Part shown: in pieces, positions 61,616-64,000 of the stretch
How the letters are laid out: each line of letters opens with the position of its first letter
How positions within the stretch are numbered: the first letter of the stretch is position 1
Origin: Bdellovibrionales bacterium
GTDB taxonomy: Bacteria > Bdellovibrionota > Bdellovibrionia > Bdellovibrionales > UBA1609
Reading direction: 5' to 3'
Length of the DNA: 64,000 nucleotides
Assembly: GCA_027317865.1 (NCBI GenBank)
Contig: DAHVQG010000007.1
Span: 32,001-96,000, forward strand
The notes under the pieces: model-generated
What the model was told of the DNA's origin: nothing
Database searches by the model: none
Seen by the model: only the letters and a program-made list of their open reading frames with translations
Translations under genes and position numbers: made by a program

Positions 61616-63041
61616 TTTTCATTGTACGGCGACAATGGCGAAACTTTCTCATAATTTGCGGAGTGCCCGATTGAAGGATTTGGCGCTAGACCTGCTAGGT
61701 GAACAAAAAATCGTTCGCTACGAAGAAGCGAAAACGGGCTCGGCTGAAGGTTTTTTGAACTATGCAAAAAAGGATGCAGATTATACCTTTCGCCTTTTTC
61801 CGGTTCTGAAGCGAGAACTCGATGACAAAAATCTTTGGGAACTGTACGAATTTGTCGAAAAACCATTTTTGCTTATCAATTTGGAGTGCCAGAGAAACGG
61901 TATTCGTTACGATGTTGATGCAGCCCGCGATGAAATTTCATCTCTTGACGAGAAGATTGCGCTTACAAAGTTAAAGCTCAACGACCCGAAAATGAACTGG
62001 AACTCACATAAGCAACTTCAAAGAAAACTCTATGGGGAGCGCGGCATTCCACTTGCGTACCATAAGGGCAAGGTATCTACCGGTAAACGGGCGTTACAAT
62101 CTCGGGCGCAAGATTCACTGGTACGAGCCGTGTTAGAGCTAAAAGAATGCGAAGCATTGAAGCGACAAATCTTAACCATTAAAAAATTTGTCGACCCAAA
62201 TACCGGAAGAATTCACGGATATATAAATCCGCTTGGGGCTGATACGGGCCGAGTAACTTCGTCTTCCCCGAATCTTCAGAATATTAAAAAGGACTCAGTT
62301 TTGAGAAAAATGTTCGTAGCGAGCAAAGGCTATAGCTTGATAGCACTTGATTTCAGCCAGATTGAGCCCAGGGTGCTCGCTCACTTTTTAGGAAAACAAA
62401 CACCATTTGCACGGCTATTCGACGTTGACGAAGATTTTTATGGCTTGCTCGCTTCTGAACTAAAACTCGAAATTCACAAACAAAGTGATGCTCGCGCCGT
62501 AGTTAAGCAAATTGTCTTGGCAACACTTTATGGTATGGGTCCAAAAACTTTAAGTGAAAATCTTAAAGTCACTCAACTAAATGCGTCCGAGATTCTGAAC
62601 TTATTTTTCTCGAAGTTTCCAGAGATTGTTGAATTCAAAAATCAAATGATCGCAGAGGCTCGTGAAAAAGAATATGTAATTGGGCTTTTGAACCGTAGGC
62701 GCTACATTAAGAGTTTAAACGACGTCGATAACAAGTTGAAATTTCGAGCCGAACGGCAAGTGTTGAATTCAATAGTACAAGGTTCTGCAGCTACTATTTT
62801 TAAATTCAAAGGATGCGAACTTCGACGGCAACTGCCATCGACCGTTCGATTTCTTCATCATGTCCACGACGAGTATATTTTAGAGGCACCAGAACAAGAC
62901 GCGTCTGTTATGTATCGACTAGCAAAGCAAATTTTAGAAAGACCGCTACCATGGTTCTCAATTCCGTTGAAAGTCGATGGCGGAATAGGTCGATCATGGT
63001 TGGATGCAAAAAACGCAAACAAAAAGAAAGGGGGTGAATAA
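61593..63041 (+). CDS. Family A DNA polymerase, rest of exonuclease domain plus polymerase domain
   Basis: ExoIII YAKKDA, TGRVTSSSPNLQNI, motif A DFSQIEPR, motif B R...K...LATLYG, QGSAA, motif C VHDE. Confidence 0.92.
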   Translation: MNTVSKFDFHCTATMAKLSHNLRSARLKDLALDLLGEQKIVRYEEAKTGSAEGFLNYAKKDADYTFRLFPVLKRELDDKNLWELYEFVEKPFLLINLECQRNGIRYDVDAARDEISSLDEKIALTKLKLNDPKMNWNSHKQLQRKLYGERGIPLAYHKGKVSTGKRALQSRAQDSLVRAVLELKECEALKRQILTIKKFVDPNTGRIHGYINPLGADTGRVTSSSPNLQNIKKDSVLRKMFVASKGYSLIALDFSQIEPRVLAHFLGKQTPFARLFDVDEDFYGLLASELKLEIHKQSDARAVVKQIVLATLYGMGPKTLSENLKVTQLNASEILNLFFSKFPEIVEFKNQMIAEAREKEYVIGLLNRRRYIKSLNDVDNKLKFRAERQVLNSIVQGSAATIFKFKGCELRRQLPSTVRFLHHVHDEYILEAPEQDASVMYRLAKQILERPLPWFSIPLKVDGGIGRSWLDAKNANKKKGGE

Positions 63042-63042
63042 A

Positions 63043-63324
63043 ATGAATGTATCAGAAGTCAGAGTGTTCCCGGTTCCGGGAAACTCAAAACTGAAGGCAA
63101 AGGCTGATGTGACTTTTCTTTTAGAGAACGGCGCACGCTTAGCCGTAAAAGGTTTTAGAGTTCACGATGATGGAGAAAAGCCACCGTGGGTTGGAGTACC
63201 CACGGAGCGTGTAACTAGAAACGGGAAAACGGAATATTTCAATAATATTTGGATCGATGCGATTGGCCAATCACAAGTCTATCCGAAAATTATAGAAGAA
63301 TACAACCGGTTGATAAAAAAATAG
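63043..63324 (+). CDS. SpoVG-like nucleic-acid-binding protein
   Basis: GGGGGTG RBS; MNVSEVRV....KLKAKADVTF...VKGFRV....WVGVP.....G...Y...I.EEY follows the SpoVG pattern. Confidence 0.75.
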   Translation: MNVSEVRVFPVPGNSKLKAKADVTFLLENGARLAVKGFRVHDDGEKPPWVGVPTERVTRNGKTEYFNNIWIDAIGQSQVYPKIIEEYNRLIKK

Positions 63325-63370
63325 CCGAATACTGTTTAAACATTCAGTTTCGGCGCATCCAAGTGGATGT

Positions 63371-63407
63371 GTTTTCACGGGGGCGCCGTTAGGCGCCCCC
63401 TGAAAAC
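63371..63407. other. GC-rich inverted repeat between the SpoVG-like and Rep genes
   Basis: GTTTTCA-C-GGGGGCGCC-GTTA-GGCGCCCCC-TGAAAAC, preceded by the small hairpin CATCC-AAGT-GGATG. Confidence 0.8.
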
Positions 63408-63481
63408 CAAAATGTTCTCGGTAAAGCTCGGAGGCGAGTTAATGGAGTGGTTTATTCAAAATTTTACGGAAGAGAGGACAA

Positions 63482-64000
63482 ATGAAAAATTCGGGAATGA
63501 ATAATCTCAGAGAAGTTCGGAGAATTTATTCGGAGGTAGCACGGAGTAATTCCCTTGATTGTATTAAGCGTAACTCCAACAAGGGCAACTCGGCGCGAGG
63601 GCTAGCTGGGATCGAAGCTCCATGTCGAGCGGCAAAATACATTTTAAAAGGGGTAGCCGACGAGGACGGTCTGTTCCCTCACTATAAAACTTTTTGCAAG
63701 TCGTATAACTGCGAGTTTTGTGGCCCCAGAAAGAGAGCCTTAATTCGACACGCAATTGCCCTTGCTATTGAAAAATACAAATTGATTTCCTTTGCGACAC
63801 TAACGCTTGATCCGAAGACTTGCAAATGTGGGCCAGAGGGTTCGGCTAAATATATTCGGCGAGCATGGAATAAGTTTCGTGTACTTCAGAAACGTGAATT
63901 TAACAGGGGGTTAGAGTTTGTCGCAGTAATTGAGTTTCAGAAAAATGGCTACGCTCATCTTCATATTGTGTTTGATCGGTATATCCCGCACACATGGTTG
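63482..64000 (+). CDS. Rolling-circle replication initiator (HUH endonuclease), 3'-truncated by window edge
   Basis: Manual translation, open to the window end: CKSYNCEFC, motif I FATLTL, AWNKFR, motif II EFQKNGYAHLHIV. Confidence 0.88.
   Translation, partial: MKNSGMNNLREVRRIYSEVARSNSLDCIKRNSNKGNSARGLAGIEAPCRAAKYILKGVADEDGLFPHYKTFCKSYNCEFCGPRKRALIRHAIALAIEKYKLISFATLTLDPKTCKCGPEGSAKYIRRAWNKFRVLQKREFNRGLEFVAVIEFQKNGYAHLHIVFDRYIPHTWL

Larger units (their letters stand above)
51360..64000. mobile_element. tRNA-Cys-adjacent genomic island / integrative element (right end outside window)
   Basis: Housekeeping genes stop at the tRNA 3' end and the DNA is visibly more AT-rich. Phage-type, defence-type and replication genes follow, with two disrupted ORFs. 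No integrase or second att copy is inside the window. Confidence 0.75.

Overview
Bacterial chromosome segment. Gene content and order suggest a Bdellovibrionota-like organism (inference). About 2.9-51.4 kb is mostly housekeeping genes: tRNA-Leu(GAG), queA-tgt-yajC-secD-secF-recJ, queC, fbaB-lysS, HD-GYP/recG, murJ, S8 protease, carD-gltX-cysS-uvrB, uvrC, nfeD-SPFH, spoIID-like, thrABC, three orphan lipoproteins, a Xer recombinase, comM and tRNA-Cys(GCA). An accessory island starts after the tRNA-Cys 3' end and runs off the window. It holds a retropepsin/small-protein pair, a phage ABA-sandwich protein, and a diverged second copy of a host lipoprotein gene with its promoter. It also holds a UvrD helicase-PD-(D/E)XK nuclease followed by a stop-interrupted SIR2-like gene (candidate defence pair), an XRE regulator and a DEDD exonuclease. 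It ends in an unusual replication module: a split Klenow-like family A DNA polymerase, a SpoVG-like protein, a GC-rich hairpin and a rolling-circle HUH Rep that is absent from the ORF track. A second notable result is that thrA appears to start at an ATT codon. All family calls are from motifs read by eye; no database search was run.
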